DNA of 64,000 nucleotides from Eledone cirrhosa (GCA_964016885.1 OZ024748.1:20708001-20772000), one strand, 5' to 3'. Numbered from the stretch's first letter, positions 1 through 12,538 are shown. Notes: generated by a model from the sequence alone, not told the origin. Numbers and translations are program-made.

Positions 1-213
1 TGGATTAGAGTATCGGTAAAGCGTCCGGCACCCAGCTTCCCGGCATTGAGTTACGGACCTTTACGTTCCGAGTTCAAATCTCGCCGAGGTTCGCTTTGCC
101 TTTCATCCTTACGGAGTCGACGAAATAAAGTACCAGTAACACACTGGGTCGATTTAATCGACTGGCCTCTCCCCCAAAATTGCTGGCCTTGTGCCTAAAC
201 CAGAAACCATTAT
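1..213 (+). mobile_element. tRNA-headed SINE, family A, long-tail variant (5' end clipped by the window edge)
   Basis: B-box GAGTTCAAATC, central GCCTTTCATCCTTACGGAGTCGA..AAATAAAGTACCAG block, 3' end TTGCTGGCCTTGTGCCTAAA..GAAACCATTATT; more than 20 homologues in the window. Confidence 0.85.
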
Positions 214-219
214 TTAGAC

Positions 220-374
220 ATTCTGATTTCAAATCCTGCCGAGGCTAGCTTTGCTTTTCATATTTACGTGGTCGATAAAATAAAGTACCAGTAACATACT
301 GGAGTCGGTTTGATCGACTCTCCTCCACCCCTTAAAATTGCTGTCCTTGTGCCTAAATCAGAAACCATTATTAT
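220..374 (+). mobile_element. SINE family A, 5'-truncated tandem copy
   Basis: Begins at the B-box and has the same central block and 3' end as 1-213. Confidence 0.8.
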
Positions 375-2033
375 CAATTTAGATCAGTCGAAAGCCTTCG
401 ATAGGGTCGACCATCGTTACCTAGCGGCAGTCCTGAGGGCGGCTGGCTTTGGGCCCGTCTTCAGAGGCTGGATCGCTGCCATGCACAGCGACATCTGCTC
501 TGTGGTGAGAGTGAACGGTCACTTTTCGGAACCGTTCAACATCATGCGCTCGGTCCTCCAAGGATGTCCCCTCTCGTCCCTATTGTACGTATTGACTCTC
601 GAGCCATTACTGCACAAACTGGAGGGGTCCCGCGCGAACTAGGATGCGGAAGATCCGTGTCAGCATATGCCGACGATGTCACCGTAGTGATGTCGAACGC
701 CAAACACATCGAGGCGATCGGCACTACACTAAGAGAATACGAAGCGGTGACAGGAGCAATGATCAACCAGGAAAAGTCAGTGGGCCTGCAGCTCGGCACC
801 TGGAGAGGCAGGTCCATGCCGTCCAACAGCGTCGTAGGGCGCTGGACGGACGGACCGGTTAAATTGCTAGGGGTCTGGTTCGGTCCAGACCTCCAGACGG
901 ACAAAAACTGGGACGAGGTGACGAGCAGGGTGGCTTCTCTCACCCAGAAATGGGCCGAGAGGAAGCTATCCCTGAAAGGTCGAGCGGAGGTGGCTAACGC
1001 GTACATCGCGTCCGTCATCTACTACCGCCTGACCGTCGTACCTTGTCCTAAGCCCCGCCTGACTGCGCTGGAGCGTTTGCTCTTTCGCTTCTTGTGGAAG
1101 GGACGCTCTCCGATGGTCAGGCGGTCCATCTGCTGTCAACACCCGCTACGTGGAGGGCTGGGCATGCCGTGGCTGATGATGCGCAGACACGCGCTCAGGC
1201 TACGACATCTCCACCTCTTCCTCGACGGTGATCAGGTGTGGTCGCCGTTTGCTAGACACGTTTTTCCCCAGCTCGTCTCCTTGACGGAGCTGCAGTCCTG
1301 GGTCAAGCGAAGACCGAGAGGGAGCGCTTGGAGGCTGGAATGTCTTCAGGCGCTCACAGCCCTCGACCAATCGGGCAATGTGATCGGTGGAAACTCCACC
1401 TTGGCGTTCTATAGGGGATTAGTGGAGGGGAAGAGCGACGACGTACTTGGAGAAACTCTAGGCGTCGACGAAAATCAACTAGCCAATCTCTTCGGAAGGA
1501 CTTTCGGGCCGGGGCCTATGGACAACTTCCAGAAATCCCTGGCCTGGCAGTGCTACCGGGGTGCTTTGCCAGTTCGGGATAAACTTTACAGGCATGGAGG
1601 TGCCGTCAGCCGGGCATGTCCGAGATGCGCACAGGGCGACGAAACCGTCCTGCACGCACTCGTCCAGTGTCCGAGCATTGCTGACTTGTGGGTTTATGTC
1701 GAACACCTGCTGTCACGTGTAGGACGGATCCAGCTATCAGCTGAGTCCATCGTGAGGATTGCCCCGCCCTCTTCCTTTAGCCGGGAAGGGCAGGCAGTTT
1801 TTATCTGTCTGGTGGCCACGGCGAAAGAGATAGTATGGTGGACACGTTTGAAAGGGCTGAAGACGAGCACTTACCTCTTCGGTGATGCCCTGATTAACTT
1901 TTTCAAATTTCATTTGAAAAGGAAAATCAGGGTAGAGAGGGAAGTGCTCTCTTCCCAGCATTTTGTTGAAAGATGGGTGAGAGAAGCAAGTATGGCCCGA
2001 ATGAATGGGCCTTCTCTGAGTATGTGTCTGTAA
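375..2033 (+). pseudogene. Tx1-like ORF2 fragment (RT C-terminal half plus zinc finger) with one frameshift near 624-628
   Basis: ORF 310-642 (RT motifs) joins ORF 564-2033 if one G is added to the run in CTGGAGGGGTCCCG. Confidence 0.88.
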
Positions 2034-2276
2034 ATTAAAGGTGGAAAACTGGGAGAGGGCACTTGCCCTGGTGGTCAGGGCCACTGTGGTCTTTTAATGG
2101 GCTTTCTCCACAAATGTCCCTCGGAAGTCTCCCCCCTATTGGGGAATTTTTCTTTGTTATTTTATTTCAACCTCTGTTTTTTTTACACGCAGAAATGCCC
2201 ATTTGTACCGTCCTGTATTGTCCTGTACTGTCCTTAATGTCTACTTTATGTAAACCCTTGTGGTTAATAAAGAAAA
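375..2276 (+). mobile_element. 5'-truncated Tx1/L1-clade non-LTR retrotransposon
   Basis: RT motifs LDQSKAFDRVDH, QGCPLS, YADD; C-terminal CPRC..HALVQC zinc finger; 3'UTR with AATAAA (2266-2271) and short A tail; CATTATTAT duplicated at 366-374 and 2277-2285. Confidence 0.93.
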
Positions 2277-2329
2277 CATTATTATATTATTGAAAGATCA
2301 AGTTAAACCACAAGTAGTTTTTCAGGTAA

Positions 2330-2536
2330 TTTCTGTGTGTGTATGTGTGTGTGAGTGTGTGTGTTTCTGTAGGTAGGCATATATATGCGTTTGTACGTAT
2401 TTATGAATGAGTGAGTGTGTGTGTGTGTGAGTATGTGTACGTGTATAAGTTTGTGTGTTGATGTAGATGTTCCTGTAGGTATGTGTGCATTTATATGGAT
2501 TTATGTGTGTCTGTGTGTGTGTATATATATTTATGA

Positions 2537-2614
<78 letters not shown>

Positions 2615-2779
2615 GTGTGTGTGTGTGCGTGTGTGTATTTATGAATGAGAGTGTGTGTGTGTCTTTCTCTTTGATTATAATAATTAATAACTAGGATGTT
2701 ATCTTGTCAACTGAAACGAAATGTTTTCGGTCAGTTTTCGCCTGAATGAATTTCTTGGCGTGACAGAGAGAGAGAGAGT

Positions 2780-2839
<60 letters not shown>

Positions 2840-3240
2840 CACTCATCCACATACCCACACAGCCAGGCACGCACACTCACCCATACGGACAGATACATAC
2901 ACACACGAACATACATAGATACATACACATATACATACATATTTCCTTGCATACATACATACATACATAGATACATTCATGCATGCATACATACATACAT
3001 ACATACATACATACATTCATGCATGCATACATACATACATACATACATACATACATACATACATACATACATACATACATACATGCATGCATGCATACAT
3101 ATATACACACATACATATATACATACACGCATACATACATACATACATGCATGCATACATATATACACACATACATATATACATACATACATATATACAT
3201 GCATACATATATATACATATATACATGCATACATATACAT
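2330..3240. repeat. Compound microsatellites (GT)n/(TA)n/(GA)n/(CATA)n
   Basis: Direct reading. Confidence 0.95.
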
Positions 3241-3305
3241 GATAGAAGGCCGCAAATTAATATTTTACTGTCAAAGTATTGAGGTATGAATAAAAAAAAA
3301 AAAGA

Positions 3306-3345
3306 GAAATTGACGTTTCGGATATTTTTCTTTCGTCAAAGTGAA
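3306..3345 (-). ncRNA. Degenerate minimal hammerhead-like motif
   Basis: Minus strand reads TTGACGA-AAGAAAAATATCC-GAAACGTC; C3 is mutated and stem I is poor. Confidence 0.35.
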
Positions 3346-3553
3346 CAGAAAGTGAAAGGAAGAAAGGAATTGCTTTCAAGGAGAGGCAGAACAGGAAATG
3401 GTGTTAGCAATAAAATGGTCAGTGGCTATTGGTGGACAGGATGTAAGCTGAGTGCTGGACAGGAAGTAAGCAGAGTTAATAGATTCCATTAGAGAAATAT
3501 CGATCCCTTCTCTCTCTCTCTCTCTCTCTCTTTCCCTCTTTCTCTTTCTCCCT

Positions 3554-3597
<44 letters not shown>

Positions 3598-3764
3598 TGT
3601 GTGTGCGTGTGTGATTTGTGTGGGTGTGGGTCTGAATTATGTGTGGGTGTGGGTGTGAATTACGTGTGTGTGATTTATCTGTATGTGTGTAATGGATTCT
3701 TCCAACAATATTCAATAGAATTGTTTTGTTTTCACTACTTGCATTATGTTGTTATTATTGCTAT

Positions 3765-3965
3765 TGTTGATACGTCTCAGGGTGGCCCTCATCGAGCATA
3801 ACTTTGATCAAAGTCGTTCCAGCCGTAACCATTCCGTCTTCTTGTATTCCAAAGGACCACATCATCTAATGCTCTCTTTCTTTAATTTAAAAACGGTGGG
3901 GGTTGTGATTTGAGGGACACTTGCTGTTACTTCTACAGGTTGAGAGATCCACATAGACGTTTCCT
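3765..3965 (-). mobile_element. Dispersed SINE-like repeat, family C
   Basis: GTGATTTGAGGGA..TTGCTGTTACTTCTACAGGT block recurs at about 4375-4445, 11495-11565, 29040-29095, inverted at 39905-39955, and as the unit of the 60490-60908 array. Confidence 0.55.
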
Positions 3966-4063
3966 AATTACCTCTTGCGTTTCCTTCGTAATAGGGTCTG
4001 TATATTGGGCCATACTAACCCAAGACCGAGTCCTAGGCTCTCAGCTTTTTCGGAGCCCCATTT

Positions 4064-4272
4064 GGTGGATTGGCAGAATCGGTAGTGCGTTGGGTAACAT
4101 TCATTGCTGCATGCTGTTACGGTCCTTTATGTTCTGATTTCAAATACTGCCGATTACTTTTGCTTTTCATCTTTACGGGATCGATAAAATAAAAACGCAC
4201 TGAGGTTGATTCAATCGAGTTTCTCCTTCCCTTCAAATTGCTGGCCTTGTGCCAAAAATAGAAACGATTATT
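4064..4272 (+). mobile_element. SINE family A, diverged
   Basis: A-box TGGCAGAATCGG, B-box-like motif, central block and 3' end. Confidence 0.75.
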
Positions 4273-4504
4273 GCCGTCACGGGTCCACTAGCTGTATAGA
4301 GTATCACATCCCCCATCCTGTCCTATCACACACCCCATTGTGTCGTATCACCCCACCCCCCATCGTGTCCTATTAAGAGATAGACGGGTGTATTTTGAAG
4401 AAGGCTCGACTATTATTTCTAGAAAGTCGAGCTATTACGTAAAACGTGTGGGGGTCAAAGGATCCCAAACTGGGTTTCTTGTTGATGGTGTTGACGGTCT
4501 AAGT

Positions 4505-5130
4505 AGTGGTGTGTATGTAGGTGTGTGTTTGTGGGTGTGTGTTTGTGGAGGGGTGTCTGTGTGTGTGTGTGTATGTGTGTGTGGGGGGGTCAGTGAGTGT
4601 GTGGGTGTGTGAGAGAATGTGAGGGTGTGTATGTATGTGTATGTGTGTGTGCGGAGGTCAGTGGGTGTGTGGGTGTGTGAGAGAGTGTGAGGGTGTGTAT
4701 GTGTGTATGTATGTGTGTGTATGTGTGTGTGGGGGGGTCAGTGAGTGTGTGGGTGTGTGAGAGAATGTGAGGGTGTGTATGTATGTGTATGTGTGTGTGT
4801 GGAGGTCAGTGGGTGTGTGGGTGTGTGAGAGAGTGTGAGGGTGTGTATGTGTGCGTATGTGTGTGTGGGGGGGTCAGTGGGCGTGTGGGTGTGTGAGAGA
4901 ATATGAGGGTGTGTATGTGTGTGGGGGGGTCAGTGGGCGTGTGGGTGTGTGAGAGAGTGTGAGGGTGTGTATGTGTGTGTGTGAGGTCAGTGGGTGTGTG
5001 AGAGAGTGTGAGGGTGTGTGTGTGTATGTATGTGTGCGTATGTGTGTGTGTATGTATGTGTGCGTATGTGTGTGTGTGGGGGGGGGGGTTCAGTGGGTGT
5101 GTGGGTGTGTGAGAGAGTGTGAGGGTGTGT
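4505..5130. repeat. GT-rich minisatellite (GGTCAGTGGGTGTGTGGGTGTGTGAGAGAGTGTGAGGGTGTGT...)
   Basis: About ten recurring units of roughly 50-70 bp. Confidence 0.85.
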
Positions 5131-5458
5131 CATTCCAAAACCAGGTCATATTTGATCCCAAGGTAATGTAGTCTATGTATCAGCAAGAAATATACTTACA
5201 ACTATTTTCTGCTGAACTGGTGTGAAAGTTCAGATACCCTTTCAGATAAAATGTATTTATATTTTCTCTAAAATAGAATCCATTGTCTGTATTAATGATG
5301 TATTAATTGGTTGAAGGCCGAATAGGGACCAGTTATTAACAGTTCTTGATAGCCCTTCTATCTTCATATTTTAGCTATTGTTTTCAAACAAAAAAAGAAA
5401 AGAAAGCTAAGTGAACCTACGTCGATTTCGAGGAAGAGTATTCCAAATGTTCGATTAA

Positions 5459-5779
5459 CCCTTTAGCATTTAAACCAGCAGTATCCGGCCAGAATTCCCT
5501 CACCTCTTTCTGTTCAAACTGGCTGTAACTAGCCACTCATACTGATGTCAAGGTATTGTTCTCAAAATAAATGATATCGAAATCTCATGGATTCAATATT
5601 ATGTGAGATAATTATGTGAGGTAAAGCCTTTACCGTGAAAATATAATAGCATATACAATAGTATATATAGAGTAATTGTTTCTACTTTAGGCACAAGGCC
5701 AGCAATTACCCAGTGCATTACTGGTACTTTATTTTATCGACCCCGTAAGGATGAAAGGCAAAAGAGTAATGCTAAAGGG
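5459..5779. mobile_element. piggyBac-like MITE with nested SINE fragment
   Basis: TIRs CCCTTTAGCATT (5459-5470) and AATGCTAAAGGG (5768-5779), flanked by TTAA at 5455-5458 and 5780-5783. Confidence 0.8.
5673..5763 (-). mobile_element. SINE family A 3' fragment
   Basis: Reverse complement of the central block and 3' end. Confidence 0.8.
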
Positions 5780-6169
5780 TTAAAGTAGAGGTTCTCAAAG
5801 TGAGCAGTACCCCACATGGTACCACATGGTATTTTATCCGAGGTTCTAACAGTTCTGCCAATTCATCACCATAGAGTATCCATGGATCCTTAACTGTTGG
5901 TGTACTCTTAGGGACGCCATCATCACATATGGCGTGTTTCCACTTAATTTCGGACAACTGGAGCATTCATAGTAGAAACTGGCGGATGCCTATTGCATGT
6001 GTATATGTGCTTATTTATGTGTGCGTTTCTGTGTGTATATGTATGTGTGTGTTCATGTGTATGTGTATGTATGTGTTTGTGTGTGTATGTATATATATAT
6101 ATGTGTGTGTGCGTGTGTGTGTGTGTATTGTGTATTTGTGTGTGTGTGTGTGTGTGTGTGTTGTGTATT

Positions 6170-7600
6170 TGTGTGTGTATTTTCGTTCGTATGTGTGTAT
6201 ATTTTCGTATGTGTGTGTATTTTCGTATGTGTGTGTGTGTGTATTTTCGTTCGTATGTGTGTGTATTTTCGTATGTGTGTGTGTGTATTTTCGTATGTGT
6301 GTTTATTTTCGTATGTGTGTGTGTATTTTCGTATGTGTGTGTATTTTCATTCGAATGTGTGTATATTTTCGTATGTGTGTTTATTTTCGTATGTGTGTTT
6401 ATTTTCGTATGTGTGTTTATTTTCGTATGTGTGTGTGTATTTTCGTATGTGTGTGTGTGTGTATTTTCGTTCGTATGTGTGTGTATTTTCGTATGTGTGT
6501 GTGTGTATTTTCGTATGTGTGTTTATTTTCGTATGTGTGTGTGTATTTTCGTATGTGTGTGTATTTTCATTCGAATGTGTGTATATTTTCGTATGTGTGT
6601 TTATTTTCGTATGTGTGTTTATTTTCGTATGTGTGTTTATTTTCGTATGTGTGTTTATTTTCGTATGTGTGTTTATTTTCGTATGTGTGTTTATTTTCGT
6701 ATGTGTGTGTGTATTTTCGTATGTGTGTGTATTTTCGTATGTGTGTGTGCATTTTCGTTCGTATGTGTGTGTGTATTTTCGTATGTGTGTGTGTATATTT
6801 TCGTATGTGTGTGTATTTTCGTATGTGTGTGTGTATTTTCGTATGTGTGTGTGTGTGTATTTTCGTTCGTATGTGTGTGTGTATTTTCGTATGTGTGTTT
6901 ATTTTCGTATGTGTGTTTATTTTCGTATGTGTGTGTGTATTTTCGTATGTGTGTGTGTGTGCATTTTCGTTCGTATGTGTGTGTATTTTCGTATGTGTGT
7001 GTGTATTTTCGTATGTGTGTGTGTGTATTTTCGTATGTGTGTTTATTTTCGTATGTGTGTGTGTATTTTCGTATGTGTGTGTATTTTCGTTCGAATGTGT
7101 GTATATTTTCGTATGTGTGTTTATTTTCGTATGTGTGTGTATTTTCGTATGTGTGTGTGTATTTTTGTATGTGTGTGTATTTTCGTTCGTATGTGTGTAT
7201 ATTTTCGTATGTGTGTGTATTTTCGTATGTGGCTGTGTATTTTCGTATGTGTGTGTGTGTATTTTCGTTCGTATGTGTGTATATTTTCGTATGTGTGTGT
7301 ATTTTCGTATGTGTGTGTGTATTTTCGTATGTGTGTGTGTGTATTTTCGTTCGTATGTGTGTGTATTTTCGTATGTCTGTGTATTTTCGTTCGTATGTGT
7401 GTATATTTTCGTATGTGTGTGTATTTTCGTATGTGTGTGTGTATTTTCGTATGTGTGTGTGTGTATTTTCGTTCGTATGTGTGTGTATTTTCGTATGTGT
7501 GTGTGTGTATTTTCGTTCGTATCTGTGTGTATTTTCGTATGTGTGTTTATTTTCGTATGTGTGTTTATTTTCGTATCTGTGTGTGTAGTTTCGTTCGTAT
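6170..7600. repeat. Minisatellite GTATTTTCGTAT(GT)n, 18-26 bp unit
   Basis: Dozens of tandem units with variable GT length. Confidence 0.95.
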
Positions 7601-7817
7601 ATGTGTATGTTTGTGTATGTGTTTGTATTTGTGAAGATGTGTGTATGCGTGTGTGATCTAATTACAAAGAAATTACAAAGATATTACATTGAAATCGATG
7701 GTTCTGTGCCAAAAGTAGTTTCCAGATGTCCAAGAGCATAATCTCCAACTAGGAATCTGTGAACCAACGTTTCATGTGATGCCAGATGAAGTTCTTTCAT
7801 TTTTAAACTCCAGTTAA

Positions 7818-8657
7818 TTTATTTACAACTAGTAAAACTACCGTCCTGAGACGCAGTTTTCTGCTAGTGAAAGTACGTATGTGTTTCCTAATTTCTCTTA
7901 TATCAGTATAGCGTTAATCTCCAGTATTCGCGGGGTTTACGTTCTTAGAGCACTTGCGAAGTGTGAAAAACCGCGAATATTGGACTTTATTTACAACTAG
8001 TAAAACTACCGTCCTGAGACGCAGTTTTCTGCTAGTGAAAGTACGTATGTGTTTCCTAATTTCTCTTATATCAGTATAGCGTTAATCTCCAGTATTCGCG
8101 GGGTTTACGTTCTTAGAGCACTTGCGAAGTGTGAAAAACCGCGAATATTGGACTTTATTTACAACTAGTAAAACTACCGTCCTGAGACGCAGTTTTCTGC
8201 TAGTGAAAGTACGTATGTGTTTCCTAATTTCTCTTATATCAGTATAGCGTTAATCTCCAGTATTCGCGGGGTTTACGTTCTTAGAGCACCTGCGAAGTGT
8301 GAAAAACCGCGAATATTGGACTTTATTTACAACTAGTAAAACTACCGTCCTGAGATGCAGTTTTCTGCTAGTGAAAGTACGTATGTGTTTCCTAATTTCT
8401 CTTATATCAGTATACAGTTAATCTCCAGTATTCGCGGGGTTTACGTTCTTAGAGCACCTGCGAAGTGTGAAAAACCGCGAATATTGGACTTTATTTACAA
8501 CTAGTAAAACTACCGTCCTGAGATGCAGTTTTCTGCTAGTGAAAGTACGTATGTGTTTCCTAATTTCTCTTATATCAGTATATAGTTAATCTCCGGTATT
8601 CGCGGGGTTTACTTTCTTAGAGCACCTGCGAAGTGTGAAAAACCGCGAATATTGGAC
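7818..8657. repeat. 168-bp tandem array, 5 copies
   Basis: Units start at 7818, 7986, 8154, 8322 and 8490 and are nearly identical. Confidence 0.95.
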
Positions 8658-9104
8658 ATGACATGGTTAATAAAAATGTCTATATACGTCAAAAACATAA
8701 CATGAAATATAGGCCGACAAATATGACACACTAATATTGGTTGGATTGGCAGTATCAGTGGAGGGTCGGACGCCATACTTTTCAGCATAGAGTTACGGCT
8801 CTTTACGGTCTGAGTCCAAATCCCGCCGTGGTTAACTTTGCCTTTCATCCTTACGGGGTCAATAAAATAAAGTACCAGTAATGTACTGGGATAATTGCTG
8901 GCCTTGTGCCAAACAGTAGAAACAATGATTAATAATGTAGCGTTAAAAAGCATGAAAAAATATATATTGCCACGGAAAAAGCCATAAAAAAATTGCAGAA
9001 GATATTTACGATTCCGCGAATATGCAGTGGTTTCCGCGAGTATTAGTTAAGTTTTGATGATAATTCCGCGAATAACGGGACCCGCGAATGCCGGGGGTGG
9101 ACTG
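8583..9104. mobile_element. Tigger/pogo-like MITE (Tc1/mariner superfamily) with nested SINE
   Basis: TA + (C/T)AGTTAATCTCCGGTATTCGCGGG at left and CCCGCGAATGCCGGGGGTGGACTG + TA at right; recurring CCGCGAATA subterminal motifs. Confidence 0.75.
8739..8930 (+). mobile_element. SINE family A, short-tail variant
   Basis: A/B boxes, central block, CTGGGATAATTGCTGGCC junction. Confidence 0.85.
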
Positions 9105-9269
9105 TATATAAACGTATGAAAAAGGGAAAAAATATATTTTTGACATTTAAATGCTATAAACTCGCACTGACCGACATATTTCGCTTGTAGATTATTTAAG
9201 TTAATAGAATGAAGCTTATTCTTTACAAAATGTTGACATTCCACCTCCGCGAAAAAACTTGATTAAAGA

Positions 9270-9622
9270 TGGGATGGATAGATGGATGAAGGTACCAAAA
9301 ATACCTAGCAAAATGTAGAGGTGCCGTATTGTTATACGGCTTTTCTAGTCATTTAAAAAACCCGGGGGAGCCCATCTTTCAAAGTCTGAATACAGCAGAT
9401 TTCTTCCAGAGAAGGATAGAGAGAATAAGAGAATAGAAATGCAAAAGAGATATAGAGGAAAAGTCGACCCCAGTACTAGACTGGTACTTGTGTTTAATGA
9501 CCTGGAATAGATGAAAGGCAAAGTTGACTTCAACGGGATTTGAACCGAGAGAGCAGAAAACCGGAACGAACACCACAAAGCATTCTATCTGACGTACTAC
9601 CGACTCTGCCAATTAGTCACCT
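9270..9622 (-). mobile_element. SINE family A, alternative-tail variant
   Basis: Family A head and central block joined to a different tail of about 190 nt, shared with 32811-33165. Confidence 0.7.
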
Positions 9623-9875
9623 AAAGATGTGACATGAACCAGTAATAAGCAGAGGCATGGTTGAAACAGCCCAGCACACTAACATACACCTTTGATGAGA
9701 TTTGAACCAGTACCGATTGTTAAATAAAACTGTTTTTTTTTTTTTGTTTTGTTTTTTGTCATCGCTTCTCTGATACTTCAAAGCTTTTATTAGCGAATCA
9801 CTTCTGAATTAAAGACAAAATTGATTTCGTCATGTTAGAACGACATGAAATTACATCGATATATATATATGATAA

Positions 9876-10060
9876 GGCGGTGGATTGGCAGTATCTGTAG
9901 AGGGTCGGACGCCATGCTTTCCAACATAGTTACGTCCCTTTACGATCTGAGTTCAAATCCCGCCGAGGTTGACTTTGCCTTTCATCCTTACGGGGTCGAT
10001 AAAATAAAGTACCAGTAATGAACTGGATAATTGCTGGCCTTGTGCCTAAAGTAGAAACAA
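9876..10060 (+). mobile_element. SINE family A, short-tail variant, full length
   Basis: GGCGGTGGATTGGCAGTATC...GAGTTCAAATCCCGCC...GTAGAAACAA, lying in a TA tract. Confidence 0.9.
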
Positions 10061-10614
10061 ATATATATATATGATTTTCCGATTTATTTACTTCATGATT
10101 TAAGTAGAATAATTATATTTCCCTGAAGTAATACAGACACACACTCAGAAGTTGGCATTTATTAATATCGATCTGATTAACTTTGATATCTAAATTTAAT
10201 ATTTTACAGTTATAATAAAGCCCTACGTAGATATTGAAAAATGCTATCTTCTCGGGAGCAATAAGGTACGTGTGTGTGTGTGTGTGAGTATATGTGTGAG
10301 TGTATATATGTTTGTCTATATATGTGAGTGTGTGTATATGTGTATGAGTGTATGAGTGTGCATGTGTGAATATCTGTGTGCATGTGTATGTGTTTGTATG
10401 CGTGAGTATCTCTGTGTGTGTATGTGTGTATATATGTTTGCCTGCATGTGTGTGTATATGTTTGTCCGTATGTGTGTGTATGTGTATATATATGTTTGTC
10501 TGTATGTGTGAGTATGTGTGTATTTATGTTTGTCTGTATGTGTGTGTATGTGTGTATATATCTTTATCTGTATATATGTTAGTCTGTATGTGTATATATA
10601 TGTTAGTGTCTGTA

Positions 10615-10848
10615 TGTTGGATCCCTTTCAGTTCCGCCAGTTCTGTCAACAGAGCAGTCTACTGAACATCCACAGACACGTGTACCCATAACGTAATTCT
10701 TGGGAAGATTCCCTGTGACGCAGTAATTGTGACATGGCCAGCCCATTTGAATTACTGGTACAGTGAATCTGACGGGCTTTCAAACAGTTTCTGTCAACCA
10801 AATTTCACCCACAAGACAGCGTTCGACTCGATGATATTGTAAAATGAC
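10615..10848 (-). mobile_element. CORE-type SINE (family B) fragment
   Basis: Reverse complement of blocks seen at 29170-29495 and 52853-53217 (e.g. CCACAGACACGTGTACC). Confidence 0.6.
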
Positions 10849-10858
10849 GGGGCCAAGG

Positions 10859-11280
10859 ACAGTTAGGGTTTGTGGGGCCAACAGTTCAGGGTTGGGAGTC
10901 TCAGGACAGTTCAGGTTTGGGAGTCTCGAGACAGTTCGGGGTTGGGGCCCCCAGAGCAGTTCAGGGTTGGAGGATCCAGGGCAGTTCAAGTTTGTGGGGC
11001 CCCGTGCAGTTCAGGTCTAGAGGGACCAGGACTATTCAGCGTTGGAGGACTCAGGGCAGTTAAGGTTTAGAGGACCCCGAGCAGTTCAGCGTTGGGGAAT
11101 CTAGGGCAGTTCAGGGTCGGGGGGATCCAGGGTAGTTCAGTGTTAGGGGACCAAAGTCAGTTCAGCTTTGGAAGTCTCAAGGCAATTCAGTTTTATGGGA
11201 CCCAGGGCATATCAGTGTTAGCAGTCCCAGAGCAAGTTAGGGTTAAGGGACCCAGAGCAGTTCAGGTTCGGGGGACCCAT
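10859..11280. repeat. Diverged GC-rich minisatellite of about 20 bp (CAGTTCAGGGTTGGGGACCC-like)
   Basis: About 20 units anchored on CAGTTCAG; followed by a possible MITE end AATCCGGCCCTG near 11357-11368. Confidence 0.8.
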
Positions 11281-11692
11281 GGATGTTACAAGACGGGGAG
11301 GGGCTGTTTAACAAGGAGGGCCCATGGCATTTGCCCTCTCCGCACGCTTCCAGATAAATCCGGCCCTGTTTGCCAGTTCACAACAAAAGTTGTTGTTCAG
11401 CTGTAATCACAGTCGTTCCAAATGTGGCATTCACATCTTTTGTTCAAATGTATAGTAGCAATTATTTCCTTCGATTATTTTCTTGTTTTTATAATGAGAG
11501 TAGGATGTGATGTGAAGTAGATTTGGCTGCTATTTCTAACAGGTAGAGTTGACTCACGGAACATTCTCACATAACGGTACACAGGAAATATTTAAATATT
11601 TCTAAATATTCAAAACATTTAAACATGTCAAAGTTACAAACTTCTGAAATATACACCAATACATTATATATATATGCAAAAAGGAAAGAAAG

Positions 11693-11880
11693 GGCGGTGA
11701 ATTGGCAGTATCGGTAGAGTGTCGGACGCCATGCTTTGACGCATATAGTCACCGCCCTTGCCATTCTGAGTTCAAATCCCGCCGAGGTTAACTTTGCCTT
11801 TCATCCTTGTGGGGTCGATAAAATAAAGTACCAGTAATCTACTGGGTAATTGCTGGCCTTGTGCCAAAAGTAGAAACAAT
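11693..11880 (+). mobile_element. SINE family A, short-tail variant, full length
   Basis: Same structure as 9876-10060. Confidence 0.9.
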
Positions 11881-11945
<65 letters not shown>

Positions 11946-12020
11946 TACTCTGCTCTGTAAGAGCATAGAGTGCTCAACCGGCATACCGCCTATGGAAGCA
12001 TCTTAGCTACCATCAGACAG

Positions 12021-12053
<33 letters not shown>

Positions 12054-12171
12054 ATAGAAAAAACGAGGAAGTATCGTTTACATGTGAAAAATATTTATTG
12101 CGTATCGACCTGTTACGCGCGTTTCGCGTATATATATATATATATTATTCAAAATATTAAATCAAAATATA

Positions 12172-12235
12172 TGTTTTATTATATATATTTCGAAGGTAGT
12201 GCTGTTTTTTCAGTACGTCCTCGTCAGATAAAATA
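12172..12235 (-). ncRNA. Type I hammerhead ribozyme with palindromic stem III
   Basis: Minus strand: TATTTTAT-CTGACGA-GGACGTACTGAAAAAACAGCACTACCTTC-GAAA-TATATAT-A-ATAAAACA; full core, stems I and II pair. Confidence 0.85.
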
Positions 12236-12497
12236 CATGAATTGATATATGACATACCTCAACGGTCTTGATGGTTCAATTCCAGTATTGGCAGTGATTT
12301 ATTACAACAAATCTCAATATTTATATACCACAAATAATAACATGATAAACTTAAGTTTAATGAAGAAGAGGATATGGAGCGAGAAATGGGTATGGGGAGG
12401 GGGTGAGTATGAGGAAATGCAAGAAGAAATAAATAAATAAATACATACATACATAAATATTTAAATTCGTAAATATACGTGTTAGGGAAGAAAAAGG

Positions 12498-12538
<41 letters not shown>

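Noticed and set aside
5929-7656. Long ORFs of 531-575 aa in all three plus frames (likewise 25473-27446 and 55988-58529)
   Set aside because: They are translations of stop-free mini- and microsatellites, open in several frames at once.
9876-9970. tRNA gene calls at SINE heads
   Set aside because: A and B boxes are present but there is no clean cloverleaf, and each is fused to a SINE body.
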